A stretch of 59,724 nt of DNA, filler included. It is 4 parts of 4 records of this genome, joined end to end, with 100 filler letters (N's around TTAATTAATTAA, not from the genome) between each part and the next. Parts side by side here need not be neighbours in the genome. Positions count along the whole stretch, not along the records: positions 48,996 to 59,724 come from SRR31156797_1399; 3 more parts are not named here. One strand, given 5' to 3'. Of the stretch, positions 49,775 through 59,724 are shown in pieces. Below the pieces are notes generated by a model, which searched no databases, was not told the origin of the DNA, and saw only the letters and a program-made list of their open reading frames with translations. How positions within the stretch are numbered: position 1 is the first letter of the stretch; every line of letters begins with the position of its first letter. Position numbers and translations under genes: made by a program.

Positions 49775-51319
49775 ATGAAAGAATTTAATTACATAGGAGT
49801 ATGTATTCCAGAGTTACATTATATGGTTGATACAAGTAGTAAAATGAATAAAATAAAGGCTTTTATAGATGAGAATAACTATTTTACAATAAGTCGACCT
49901 AGACAATACGGTAAAACAACAACTATATCTCTACTTGAAGAAGAACTTCGAGAAGAATACACACTTATTTCAATAAGCTTTGAAGGGCTTGGAGAAATAT
50001 TTGATACTGAGGAAATATTTTGTCAGGAATTTATTGAGCAAATAGAAATTAATATATTAAATGATGAAGAAGTTGAAAATTTTGTAAGAACTCAAAAACA
50101 GAACGTGACTTCATTAGCGAAAATTTCTAAATTTATCTCAGGAATTGCAGATAAAGCAAGCAAGAAAATTGTTCTTCTTATTGATGAGGTAGATAAAGCA
50201 AGTAATCATGTTTTATTTTTAAGTTTTCTTGGAATGTTAAGAAGTAAATATCTAATGTCTCGAAGAAAACGTGATAAAACTTTTCACAGTGTTATTCTTG
50301 CGGGTGTTCATGATATTAAGAATATCAAAATGAAAATAACTGGTCAAAATTCTCTTCAATATAATAGCCCTTGGAACATAGCAGTTGATTTTGATGTAAA
50401 TATGAGCTTCTCTGCTGTGGAAATCCAAACTATGCTTGATGAATACGAAGCTGATAAAAATACAGGAATGGATAAAAAACTTATTGCTGAAAAATTATAT
50501 GATTACACAAGTGGTTATCCTTATTTAGTAAGTAAACTATGCTATATTGTAGATAAAAAATTAAATAGCAAATTTACGCAGACGAATATTGAAGAAGCGG
50601 TTAAAATTATTTTAAATGAAAATAATACGTTATTTGATGATTTGATTAAGAATATAGAAAATAATAAAGAGTTATATGACTTCATTAAAAAAATTATTGT
50701 TCAAAATGAAACTATAGATTATGTTCAAACCGATCCCATGATTTCGTTAGGGTCGATGTATGGGATACTGAATAAGACAGCAGATAGAAAAGTAAAAGTT
50801 CATAATAAGATATTTGAGCTTTTGTTATATAATCATATGATTTCCGCTATTAACCGTGAGGAAAATAAATTATCAAAATATAATTTTCGTGATAATTTTA
50901 TTGATGAAAATGGAGATATTGAACTTGAGAAAATACTTATAAAATTTAAGCAATTTATCAAAGAAAATTACAGCGATAGAGATGAAAAGTTTTATGAAAA
51001 GCAGGGAAGATTACTTCTAATGGCTTTCATAAAACCAATAATAAATGGAACAGGTTTTTATTACATAGAAAATCAGGTAAGTTATGAGAAAAGACTTGAT
51101 ATGATCATTGTTTATAATGAAAAAGAGTACATACTAGAGTTTAAATTATGGTATGGAAAAGAGTATCATGAAGCGGGACTAAAGCAATTGGAATCATATC
51201 TTGATATTAAAAATCATAGCAAAGGTTACTTAGTAGTATTTAATTTTAATAAAAATAAAACTTATAGCTCAAATTGGATAACTCAGGGGAGTAAAGAGAT
51301 ATTTGAAGTTGTAGTTTAA
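49775..51319 (+). CDS. AAA-like ATPase with C-terminal PD-(D/E)XK-like nuclease domain
   Basis: RPRQYGKTT Walker A, LLIDEVD Walker B, SPWNIA; C-terminal RLD...ILEFK...QLESYL. Confidence 0.85.
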   Translation: MKEFNYIGVCIPELHYMVDTSSKMNKIKAFIDENNYFTISRPRQYGKTTTISLLEEELREEYTLISISFEGLGEIFDTEEIFCQEFIEQIEINILNDEEVENFVRTQKQNVTSLAKISKFISGIADKASKKIVLLIDEVDKASNHVLFLSFLGMLRSKYLMSRRKRDKTFHSVILAGVHDIKNIKMKITGQNSLQYNSPWNIAVDFDVNMSFSAVEIQTMLDEYEADKNTGMDKKLIAEKLYDYTSGYPYLVSKLCYIVDKKLNSKFTQTNIEEAVKIILNENNTLFDDLIKNIENNKELYDFIKKIIVQNETIDYVQTDPMISLGSMYGILNKTADRKVKVHNKIFELLLYNHMISAINREENKLSKYNFRDNFIDENGDIELEKILIKFKQFIKENYSDRDEKFYEKQGRLLLMAFIKPIINGTGFYYIENQVSYEKRLDMIIVYNEKEYILEFKLWYGKEYHEAGLKQLESYLDIKNHSKGYLVVFNFNKNKTYSSNWITQGSKEIFEVVV

Positions 51320-51505
51320 AACATAATGCTAGTACTTTATTTAAGGCATAGTTTTTAATGAAAAATTATGAAATTTTACTTAAAATCCATGCAAGGGAAA
51401 TTAAGGTGATACGTTATTATTGTAATGTTAATATTTTGAACTTTGCATAAGTAATTTTGAATTAATTAGGTATTATGCAAAGTTCATATAAGGGGTTGTT
51501 ACTGT

Positions 51506-52600
51506 ATGAAGACATCAATGGAATTTTTACCGGCACATAAGCAAAATGAGTTAAATCAAATAATTGAATTGCTTAAAGAAAAATACTCGAAATTAATTGA
51601 AGCAGTGGTACTATTTGGAAGTTACGCCAGAGGTACTTGGATAGAGGATAAATATGTTGAGGACGGGACAACATATGAGTATAATAGCGATTTTGATTTA
51701 TTAGTTGTACTTAGAAGTGAGAGAAAAGCTAGAAATACAGATGTTGTATTAAATATACGAAGGACAGTGAAGAAACATCTTGATATTGATACTCCTATCA
51801 GCATGATTTTTCATGGTTATGATTATGTAACGAGTAAACTGATTGAAAATCATTATTTTTTCGCAGATATCTATTATGAAGGAGTTATTCTGTATAATAA
51901 ACGAGATATAACTTTTCGTGAGCCTCAGGAAGTTGATTATAAAGTAAGAATAGAAAAATCAAATGAACATATGGAAGAATGGTATAATTCTGCTTGTGAA
52001 TTTATTGAGAATTTTGAATTTAATTATAACAAAAAGGGATATAAATTAGCATCATTTATGCTTCATCAAGCAGCAGAAAGATTTTATCAAACAATTAATT
52101 TAGTATTTGTTGATTATAAACCTAAAACTCATGATCTAGAAGAATTAAGTGCTATGGCAATAGAAGAAAATTCAAAGGTACGACATGTTTTTCCACGGGA
52201 TACACAGGAAGACGAAGATATGTTCCAGTTATTGAGAAGAGCATATATAGATTCCAGATATGATAAAAACTTTAAGATTACCAAAGAAGAACTGGAATAT
52301 TTGGTAGAACGAGTGGAAAAATTGAAGAAGATAACGAATGAAATTTGCCTGGAAAAAATAGAACAGTTTAAAGAATTATCCAAACTTAATCCTGATGATC
52401 AGCGTAAATATGAAGCTAAACAAAGAGCGGTGCAGGGGAAAAAAGAGTCAATAGAAGAAGTTGAAAATCAAAGAAAATTAGTGGATGTAGCTGAAGTAGT
52501 TCAGAATATGCATAAAAATGGCTTAAGTCTTAAGCAGATCAGTGAGTTTACTAATATTGCAGAAGATGAAGTTGAGAAACTGTTGGAACAGTATATATAG
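51506..52600 (+). CDS. Nucleotidyltransferase (MNT)-HEPN fusion with extra C-terminal tail
   Basis: LFGSYARG...SDFDLLVV; AS FMLHQAAE, KTHDL, AYIDSRY. Confidence 0.9.
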   Translation: MKTSMEFLPAHKQNELNQIIELLKEKYSKLIEAVVLFGSYARGTWIEDKYVEDGTTYEYNSDFDLLVVLRSERKARNTDVVLNIRRTVKKHLDIDTPISMIFHGYDYVTSKLIENHYFFADIYYEGVILYNKRDITFREPQEVDYKVRIEKSNEHMEEWYNSACEFIENFEFNYNKKGYKLASFMLHQAAERFYQTINLVFVDYKPKTHDLEELSAMAIEENSKVRHVFPRDTQEDEDMFQLLRRAYIDSRYDKNFKITKEELEYLVERVEKLKKITNEICLEKIEQFKELSKLNPDDQRKYEAKQRAVQGKKESIEEVENQRKLVDVAEVVQNMHKNGLSLKQISEFTNIAEDEVEKLLEQYI

Positions 52601-52607
52601 AGGTGAG

Positions 52608-52635
52608 AAAAGGTGAGCGTGGGCTCACCTTTTTT
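52608..52635 (+). terminator. Intrinsic terminator
   Basis: AAAAGGTGAGC-GTGG-GCTCACCTTTTTT directly after the HEPN stop. Confidence 0.85.
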
Positions 52636-52857
52636 GGTGTAAAAATAGTTTAATGTAAATTATTCGATGAGTGTTATTTTTGTTTGAGATGTCATGTATT
52701 AAAGAAAATTGAAAGGATATATAGATATTTTGCTTTTAATTTTTATTTTTGGAACAAAAAAAACTAAAATTGATTACAAAAACGCAAGATTAATTCAAAA
52801 AGATGGTTTGAAAAATAAGTGAAGAATGATATAATTGCACAATAAACTGGGGTAATA

Positions 52858-55800
52858 ATGGAGGGAATAATGGAAGGGAATAAGAAAAATAATTATTTTT
52901 TTAAAGGGAAATTTCAAAAGAATGAATTAGAAGATGAGAGTAATGATTTTTTTGATTTGTGTGCGATTGATGATGCTGAGCAGAAAAAATGTAGTGAGCT
53001 GTTAGAGTGGGGAATTAAAAGAAAAAAGATTAAAAATATTGCTGTTACAGGTCCATTTGGTGCAGGAAAAACTAGTTTCTTAAAAAGTTTTGCAAATACT
53101 CATTCTCAATATAATTATTTAAATATTTCATTAGCAACATTTAATAATGATGCGAGTGAAGAAATGGAAAAAGTTGTTGAAGAAAGTATTCTACAACAGA
53201 TTTTATATAAAAAAGCGGCAAAGAGATTTCCGCAAAGTAGAATTCAAAGAATAAAATCAATTAGTGTAAAAAAATATTTGGCTTATTCAATACTGGTATA
53301 TTTTTGGGTTTGTTTACTCGAAGTAATTATGAACCCTCAAAACTTAAATTTTTTAGATAAAATACTAATTCAAATCCCGCTACCTTTTTTTGAAAAATAC
53401 TATTTAATTTTAAACCAATTAGGATTTGGAATGATATCTTTATTTTTATTATATAAAATTATTTCATTTTTTAATACTATAAAAGTGAATTTAAAAATTG
53501 GAGAGACTAAGGTTGAATTATCTAATAATAAAGAAGCTTCAATTTTTTATACACACCTAGATGAAATTATATATTTTTTTAAAAGAACTAAATTTAATGT
53601 AGTTTTTTTTGAAGATATTGATCGCTTTGAAAATATAAATCTAAAATTATTTACAAAATTGAGAGAATTAAATGGGATGTTAAATGACTCTGAGGATATA
53701 AAAAGACCTATTAACTTTATATTCGCTGTTAAAGATGATTTATTTGAACCTCTTCAACCAGAAATTCAAGTAGAAAGTGATGAGAAGAAAAAGAAAAATG
53801 AGAAGAAGAATCATAAACTAAGAATCAAATTTTTTGATCTAATTGTTCCAATTATTCCCGTAATAGATAATTCGAATTCATATGAAGAAATGTCAAAAAA
53901 ACTAAAAAAAATAGGTGAATTTAGGAAAATAGAAGAAGATAAAATTCATGAGGAATTTGAACAAGATTTAAGATTTTATTCATATTTTATTGACGAAATG
54001 AGATTAGTAAATAATATTTATAATGAATTGTTGGTATATAAAGAAAACCTTAAAGTAGGCGAAAATAGTAATGATAATTTGTCAAATGAAAGAAAGCTTG
54101 ATATCAAACGAAAAGAGTATCGAAATTTACTTGGAATAATTGTTTACAAAAACTTGAACCCAAGGGATTTTAGTGATTCTCATTTTATGAGGGGCTTAAT
54201 TTATAAGGCCTTTAAAAGTAAAAATGGTTTTATCGAAAAACAAGCAAAAACACTTCAGAATGATATCGATAAATTTAATAAAAAGATTGATAATACAAAA
54301 GAAGAAGACTTGAATAGCTTAAAAGAATTAAGGATGATAATGCTATTTCAAATATTTAATAGAAACGATATAAATGAAAATTATAATCTTGAAGGTTTAA
54401 CTATTGAGGAGTTAATTAAGAATGAAGAAAATTTTGAAAAAATAGAAAAAAGTGCAGATCTGCAATGGCGGTTCAATAATAGTACTTCTCCAACCAATAA
54501 AAACTTGAAAACTATTGAGAAAGATTTAAAAACTAATTATGATGTTGAAATTGAATATGAAAAAAGGAAATTACGACTAAAAGATAAGGAAAACATAAAT
54601 GAGTTATCAAAAAAAATAGAAGAACTAAAATTAAGAATAAACGAATTAGAAAAAATGTCTCTTAATGAATTGATAGAGATGTATAATGTGAAACTTATTT
54701 TGCCTGAAGAAATCCTTAAAAATGTTCTCTTAGTTTATTTGCTTGAAAATGAGATAATTGAAGAAAAAAGTTACAGAACGTATATATCATATTTCTATAA
54801 TGAAAGTTTAACTAAAACCGACAGAGATTTTTTAATGAATGTTAGGGTAAAAAATAAATTTGCACCAACATATAAATTAATTAATAAACGTGAAGTTATC
54901 AATCAATTATATCCTAAAGATTTTAGAGGAGAATATATTTTCAATTATGATTTGATAGAGTATATAATGTTAAATCATGATGAATTCCCCAAAAAAGCAG
55001 CAGAATTTTTTACTTATTTAAATAAGAACTTAACAAATGTTTTAGAATTCATTGATGAGTTATTAAGTTATACTAAATCTCACGATTTGATTTATAATAC
55101 TTTAATAAGTATTTTTACAAGCGAAATTAAGTATTTTTGGGATACAGTATTTAATAGTAAATTTAGTAATGAAAAAAAGGAAAAATACTTAGTAGATATT
55201 TTAAATATTTCTCAAATTGATGATATAGTTTTTCAAAATGGTTCTAAAATGATAACAGAATATTTTAATTTAAATAATAATGTTCTGAGCATAGTAAATA
55301 GAATGAATCAATTCAATGAAAATAAAGCTAAAACAATAATTCAAAGATTAAACTTACATTGTATTAAGCTTAATGCTATAAAAAAAGATGAAACTTTTAA
55401 CTATATTTATGAAAATAATCTTTATGATATTTCAAAAGAAAATATAGAAAATATTTGTAAGGTGTTAATTAAAAAACCAGAAGATGCTCTGAAGAATTTA
55501 GAGGTAAAAAATTATTCAACAATTAAGGAATATAGTGAGTTAAAATCTTTATTAAAATATATTAATGATGAGATGAAAGAATATTTGGAAAATGTATTTT
55601 TAAAAATTGAAACAAATACAAATGAAAAGGAAGAAAGTATCCTAGAAATATTTAACAATAGTTTAATTACTGGAAATGTGGGACTCCAAGGGAAAATATT
55701 AGAAATGCAAGAAGTAATTTTCTCAGATATAAATCAATTGCCTAAAATGCTTTGGGAAGAAGTGTTAGAAACAAAAAAAATAAAGCCTATATGGAAAAAC

Positions 55801-56991
55801 ATTTTAAGTTATTATGATTATAAAAAAATGATGCTAGATGAAATACTAATTAAAGTATTAGACCAGTTTGATTTTGTTGAAAAATTAACTTCGTCACTAT
55901 TGTTTGATTTTGTTGAGCTGGAAAAAGATGTTTTAGAGCAATTTTCTATTAAAATAATTAAGTTAGATAAACTTAATGAAAAATCTTATTCAGCTTTAAT
56001 TCGATCTTTTAATAAAATTTATGACTATTTAAATTTGGAAGGAATTTCAGATGAAAAAATTTCAATTCTTATTGAAAATAAACTAGTTTCTTTGAATAAT
56101 GAGATGATTCAAGAATTCAAAGAAAAATGTTCTCATAAATTAAATGAATTTATTATTAGTAGAATTGAAGAATACTTTGATAATTTTGATATCTTAAATG
56201 AAAATTTAGACGATGAAAATCTTAAAGATTTATTTACTTATGAGCAAATGGGAAATGACAATAGATTTAAGTTTATCAACAGAATAAATTTATATGATTT
56301 GAATGAAAATTCTTCATTAGCAGAAGCAATAAAACAATTTTTAGTTCAGATTGAAGAATATAAATTATTTGAAGAAGAAACTTTAAGAAGTTTAAATAAG
56401 AACAGTTTTTTACCTTTGAAAAAACAATTGATTTCGGTTTTAAATGATTTAGAAACTGATGCTGAGTTAAGTGATTACTTTACAAGATTTTTGAATGAGA
56501 TTTTGGATAATATTAACTCATTTGAATTAAAAGAAAATCAATTAATTATAATATTAAATATTATTTCTGGAAATGATTTGGAAAAATTTATTAATAAGAT
56601 AGACTTCGACAAAATTACTTTATCAGCTAATTTTTATGAAAAATTGATTGAATTGATTGAAATTAAAGAAATAAACCTTGAGTTTGACAAGTTTAGAAAA
56701 ATCTTAAAAATGTGTAAAAAAGATGATGTAAAGCTTCGTCTACTTTTAACTCAAATTAATAATTTAAATGATGGGGAACTGCATTCTTCGTTTAAAATAT
56801 TTAAGTCTCCGTATAGAGAGTTTTCCGAGAAGGATTATACTGAATTAATTAATTCAGATGAAAATAGTAATTTATTGAAAACTTTGACAAGTAGAAATAT
56901 TGTTCCAAATTATACAGAAAACGAAAATGGTAAGTTTGGGATAGAAATAAATGAAACATTTTATTCGTTGCAGTATAATCTAAAGAAATAA
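52858..56991 (+). CDS. YobI/KAP-like P-loop NTPase, 1377 aa
   Basis: NIAVTGPFGAGKTS Walker A, two hydrophobic segments, VFFEDIDRF Walker B, KFFDLIVPIIPVI, long helical C-terminus. Alternative start at 52870. Confidence 0.85.
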   Translation: MEGIMEGNKKNNYFFKGKFQKNELEDESNDFFDLCAIDDAEQKKCSELLEWGIKRKKIKNIAVTGPFGAGKTSFLKSFANTHSQYNYLNISLATFNNDASEEMEKVVEESILQQILYKKAAKRFPQSRIQRIKSISVKKYLAYSILVYFWVCLLEVIMNPQNLNFLDKILIQIPLPFFEKYYLILNQLGFGMISLFLLYKIISFFNTIKVNLKIGETKVELSNNKEASIFYTHLDEIIYFFKRTKFNVVFFEDIDRFENINLKLFTKLRELNGMLNDSEDIKRPINFIFAVKDDLFEPLQPEIQVESDEKKKKNEKKNHKLRIKFFDLIVPIIPVIDNSNSYEEMSKKLKKIGEFRKIEEDKIHEEFEQDLRFYSYFIDEMRLVNNIYNELLVYKENLKVGENSNDNLSNERKLDIKRKEYRNLLGIIVYKNLNPRDFSDSHFMRGLIYKAFKSKNGFIEKQAKTLQNDIDKFNKKIDNTKEEDLNSLKELRMIMLFQIFNRNDINENYNLEGLTIEELIKNEENFEKIEKSADLQWRFNNSTSPTNKNLKTIEKDLKTNYDVEIEYEKRKLRLKDKENINELSKKIEELKLRINELEKMSLNELIEMYNVKLILPEEILKNVLLVYLLENEIIEEKSYRTYISYFYNESLTKTDRDFLMNVRVKNKFAPTYKLINKREVINQLYPKDFRGEYIFNYDLIEYIMLNHDEFPKKAAEFFTYLNKNLTNVLEFIDELLSYTKSHDLIYNTLISIFTSEIKYFWDTVFNSKFSNEKKEKYLVDILNISQIDDIVFQNGSKMITEYFNLNNNVLSIVNRMNQFNENKAKTIIQRLNLHCIKLNAIKKDETFNYIYENNLYDISKENIENICKVLIKKPEDALKNLEVKNYSTIKEYSELKSLLKYINDEMKEYLENVFLKIETNTNEKEESILEIFNNSLITGNVGLQGKILEMQEVIFSDINQLPKMLWEEVLETKKIKPIWKNILSYYDYKKMMLDEILIKVLDQFDFVEKLTSSLLFDFVELEKDVLEQFSIKIIKLDKLNEKSYSALIRSFNKIYDYLNLEGISDEKISILIENKLVSLNNEMIQEFKEKCSHKLNEFIISRIEEYFDNFDILNENLDDENLKDLFTYEQMGNDNRFKFINRINLYDLNENSSLAEAIKQFLVQIEEYKLFEEETLRSLNKNSFLPLKKQLISVLNDLETDAELSDYFTRFLNEILDNINSFELKENQLIIILNIISGNDLEKFINKIDFDKITLSANFYEKLIELIEIKEINLEFDKFRKILKMCKKDDVKLRLLLTQINNLNDGELHSSFKIFKSPYREFSEKDYTELINSDENSNLLKTLTSRNIVPNYTENENGKFGIEINETFYSLQYNLKK

Positions 56992-57007
56992 GTATTCTAG
57001 AAAGTTG

Positions 57008-57045
57008 ATAAGCGTTCTACTCTATTTTCAGAGGAGAACGCTTAT
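57008..57045 (+). terminator. Terminator-like hairpin
   Basis: ATAAGCGTTCT...AGAACGCTTAT inverted repeat after the NTPase stop. Confidence 0.6.
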
Positions 57046-57140
57046 TCTATTCATATGGGGAAAATTCGAATTAATCATACTTCTAAACTTTATCTAGGGC
57101 AAGATTAATTGAGCGTACTAGATATATTTAGATTTTCATC

Positions 57141-57169
57141 TTGACAACCTGTACGAATTCGTATACTAT
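57141..57169 (+). promoter_or_regulatory. Sigma70 promoter with operator in the spacer
   Basis: TTGACA-17-TACTAT; the palindrome TACGAATTCGTA lies at 57152-57163. Confidence 0.85.
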
Positions 57170-57199
57170 GTGTAATATAAGTTATGAAGGAGAGGGATT

Positions 57200-57628
57200 A
57201 TGGTAAATGCAAGTCGAGTTGTTGGAATCCTTTATCACTTAAAGGATAGTTTTGATAAATACATGAGAAAAGAAATTCTTAAAGAAGAAATTCCGATAAA
57301 ATGGAACCATGTTGGTTTATTTATGATTCTCTCAACTTTAGGTGAAGAAATTGAATACCGAAAAGTTGCAGAGTTATGGAATAAATCAAAATCTTCACTT
57401 TCGGATATAGTAAATAAGTATGAAAAATTAGGTTTAGTAGAGAAAAACTGTTATGACAGCAGTACTCGTATATTATTCATAAAGCTCACTGAAAAAGGAA
57501 AAAAATACAGTGATAGATTTGAGGAAATCTCTTTGGAGTTTATAAAAAAAGGTTATGAAGGAATCTCGAATGAAGAAGCGGAAATTTTTGTAAAAGTTTT
57601 ATTGAATATGAGAAAAAATTTAGACTGA
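57200..57628 (+). CDS. MarR family transcriptional regulator
   Basis: KSSLSDIVNKYEKLGLV...IKLTEKG winged-helix motif. Confidence 0.9.
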   Translation: MVNASRVVGILYHLKDSFDKYMRKEILKEEIPIKWNHVGLFMILSTLGEEIEYRKVAELWNKSKSSLSDIVNKYEKLGLVEKNCYDSSTRILFIKLTEKGKKYSDRFEEISLEFIKKGYEGISNEEAEIFVKVLLNMRKNLD

Positions 57629-57648
57629 TGTCTTTATTTTTTTATCTA

Positions 57649-57670
57649 TAGTGTACGAATTCGTACACTA
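57649..57670. promoter_or_regulatory. Second copy of the putative MarR operator
   Basis: Perfect 22-bp palindrome TAGTGTACGAATTCGTACACTA just before the GNAT RBS. Confidence 0.8.
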
Positions 57671-57685
57671 GAAAAGGAGTGAAAT

Positions 57686-58093
57686 ATGAACAAATATGAT
57701 TTAATAAAAAGTACACCGAGTGTAGAGGATTACCTTAATATAAGAAAACACACATTGGGAGAAAAAACAAGGTTAGCAGGAGAAATGGCGGTTAAAAATT
57801 CATGGTTTGGAGTTCATGTTACATTTGAAGGAAAAACTGTGGGAATGGGAAGGTTTATAGGCGATGGAGGATGCACTTTCTGTATTACTGATATTGCAGT
57901 TTTACCAGAACATCAAGGCCAAGGTATTGGAAAAATAATAATGAAATCTTTAATGGGTTACTACAAAGAATTTGGTCCAAAAGATGGCTATTTAACACTT
58001 ATTGCAGATGGAGATGCAAAATATTTGTATAAAAAGTATGGCTTTGAAGAAACTGCTCCATACGCTGTGGGAATGAAGTATAAAAATATATAA
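57686..58093 (+). CDS. GNAT family N-acetyltransferase
   Basis: VGMGR.IGDGG, DIAVLPEHQGQGIG, LYKKYGF. Confidence 0.93.
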   Translation: MNKYDLIKSTPSVEDYLNIRKHTLGEKTRLAGEMAVKNSWFGVHVTFEGKTVGMGRFIGDGGCTFCITDIAVLPEHQGQGIGKIIMKSLMGYYKEFGPKDGYLTLIADGDAKYLYKKYGFEETAPYAVGMKYKNI

Positions 58094-58225
58094 AGAATAA
58101 GGTTAAATTATCATGATTAAAATAAGCGTTTTACCCAATTCAAGAGTAAAACGCCGATTTCTTATACATCTATAGTTTCAATATTCTTTAACTTCCAAAA
58201 TTCAAAACTAAAATTTAAAACAAAC

Positions 58226-59110
58226 TCATTCTTTCGTCAAATACTCAGTTTCAACAACAATGTTTTTCCTAACCTCTTTTCCCTCTAATACTTCCACTGC
58301 GGTTTTTACTCCCAAATATCCCATTAATTCAGGTTGTTGAACGATAACACCATCCATTTTTCCTGCATTGATGTTCTCCTGTATCTCATCACTAATATCA
58401 AATCCTATAAATCTAACTTTACCTAACTTTCCTGTAAATTCTAATGCTCTGGTAAGAGAAAGTACTCCTATTTCATTTGATGAAAAATAACCCTTAACCT
58501 TAGGATTTGAATTAACCGCCCTCTTACTTGCTCGAACTGCACTTCCATATACAGAGCCTGCGTATACATCGACTAAAACTTCAATGTTATTTTCTTTCAT
58601 TACATCCAAAAATCCCTGTTCTCTCATTTCAGTAGAAGCATTTCCTCTCCTGTTTCTTATTATTCCTGCGCTTTCATCACCAATTAATTTGATAAATTCC
58701 TCTCCTGCTTTTCGTCCGGCGAGGTAATTATCAGTTGCGATAAAGCTCTCATGATAATTACCGGATAATGCAGAATCAATGATTATTATCTTAATCCCTT
58801 TTTCACTGGCTTCCTTTACCACAGGAACTAATCTATCTTTGTGCACAGGAGCGAGAACTATTGCATCAACATTATTTCTCATAAAAATTCGAATCATTTC
58901 TATTTGTGAGTCAATGTTTTCCTCGACGGTTGAACCTCTAAAAATAAGTTTAACTCCAAATTCATTTGCAGCAACCTCAGCACCATTATTAACCTGATCC
59001 CAAAATTGCCCTATATTTCCCTTTGGAATTACCGCAATACGATATTGTGCATTAACATTATGAAAGATAATTATGCTGATAATTAAGGTTAATAATTTTC
59101 TTACTATCAT
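58226..59110 (-). CDS. Sugar-binding periplasmic protein (RbsB-like fold)
   Basis: Signal peptide; IAVIPKG...FW, IATDNY.AG, REQGF, VQQPELMGY. GGAGG RBS before ATG 59110. Confidence 0.88.
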   Translation of the reverse strand: MIVRKLLTLIISIIIFHNVNAQYRIAVIPKGNIGQFWDQVNNGAEVAANEFGVKLIFRGSTVEENIDSQIEMIRIFMRNNVDAIVLAPVHKDRLVPVVKEASEKGIKIIIIDSALSGNYHESFIATDNYLAGRKAGEEFIKLIGDESAGIIRNRRGNASTEMREQGFLDVMKENNIEVLVDVYAGSVYGSAVRASKRAVNSNPKVKGYFSSNEIGVLSLTRALEFTGKLGKVRFIGFDISDEIQENINAGKMDGVIVQQPELMGYLGVKTAVEVLEGKEVRKNIVVETEYLTKE

Positions 59111-59273
59111 TTTTACCCCTCCCAAATCGATAAAATACTCATTAAATATTTTTCGGTGATTTAGGTACATAAGTTTAATGTTTATTGGTAATCACTTAGA
59201 TTTATTAGAGCTTTAGTTCATTAATCCTCCGATATCATTGTACTCGATAAACTTTCTTATAACAATGAGAATG

Positions 59274-59724
59274 CTATATTCTAAATTTGTTGATTGAAGC
59301 ATTAACCTCTTCTGATGTTTCTGTTAGAGTTTCTGCTACGTTAACCAGTTCATTTATAGATGTAGTTGTATCTGTCATTGCATGATTTATCTCCTCTATA
59401 CCTATGGAAATATTCTCAAAAGATAATCTAATCTCATCAGAATTCTGACTCAAATCATTTATCTCTGTAGTTTGCTTTTCAGTTTTATTATAGACCTCTT
59501 CCAGTGACTTGATTACATTAGTTAATACATTCATTACTTGAGTAAATATCGTTTCGATTCTGTCAATTTCCTGCACCATGCCAGCTACTTTGTCTCGACT
59601 TTTATTTGAATTTTGAACGGTATTATCTATTTTATCCGAGATGTCATTGATCTTATTCTCGATCTCTTCTGCCATATCTTTTGAATTTCCTGCTAGTTTT
59701 CTGATCTCATCAGCAACTACAGCA
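59274..59724 (-). CDS. Methyl-accepting chemotaxis protein, C-terminal part
   Basis: Frame is open to the window end: AVVADEIRKLA signalling motif, then heptad helices ending INKFRI. Confidence 0.88.
   Translation of the reverse strand, partial: AVVADEIRKLAGNSKDMAEEIENKINDISDKIDNTVQNSNKSRDKVAGMVQEIDRIETIFTQVMNVLTNVIKSLEEVYNKTEKQTTEINDLSQNSDEIRLSFENISIGIEEINHAMTDTTTSINELVNVAETLTETSEEVNASINKFRI

Noticed and set aside
5119-52633. Same AGGTGAGC/GCTCACCT stem at 5119-5138 and 52611-52630
   Set aside because: The copies are on unrelated contigs, have different loops and share only 8-bp arms. Best explained as coincidental terminator stems.

Overview
The window is not one locus. It is four unrelated contigs joined by artificial N-TTAATTAATTAA-N spacers. 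(1) 1-18596 is a Desulfovibrionaceae-like chromosome segment: tRNA-Gly(CCC)-rimP-nusA-ylxR-infB on the minus strand, a sigma54-type flgFGAHIJNKL-csrA-fliW flagellar operon, a sigma28-type DVU0524-like/flgM pair, and a truncated ARMT1-like gene. (2) 18697-30497 is the early region of a temperate phage, probably of a Desulfobacterota host: RusA-like resolvase, initiator with iterons, HNH, MBL hydrolase, Cas4/RecB-like nuclease, RecT-like annealase, Rad50-like ATPase, a split RdgC-like pair, a CII-like gene, and what look like two tandem cro/cI switches with different operators. (3) 30598-48895 is a Desulfobacterota-like segment with an OprB porin / eukaryote-type hexokinase / sugar porter / pgm operon plus housekeeping genes, ending in typA. 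(4) 48996-59724 is a very AT-rich contig with a defence-like cluster (AAA+nuclease, MNT-HEPN with an Rpn-like tail, 1377-aa YobI/KAP NTPase), a MarR-GNAT pair with a palindromic operator, a sugar-binding protein and an MCP fragment. The best leads are the duplicated phage switch, the hexokinase operon and the MNT-HEPN-Rpn-tail fusion. Taxonomy and family calls come from motif recognition only; no searches were run.
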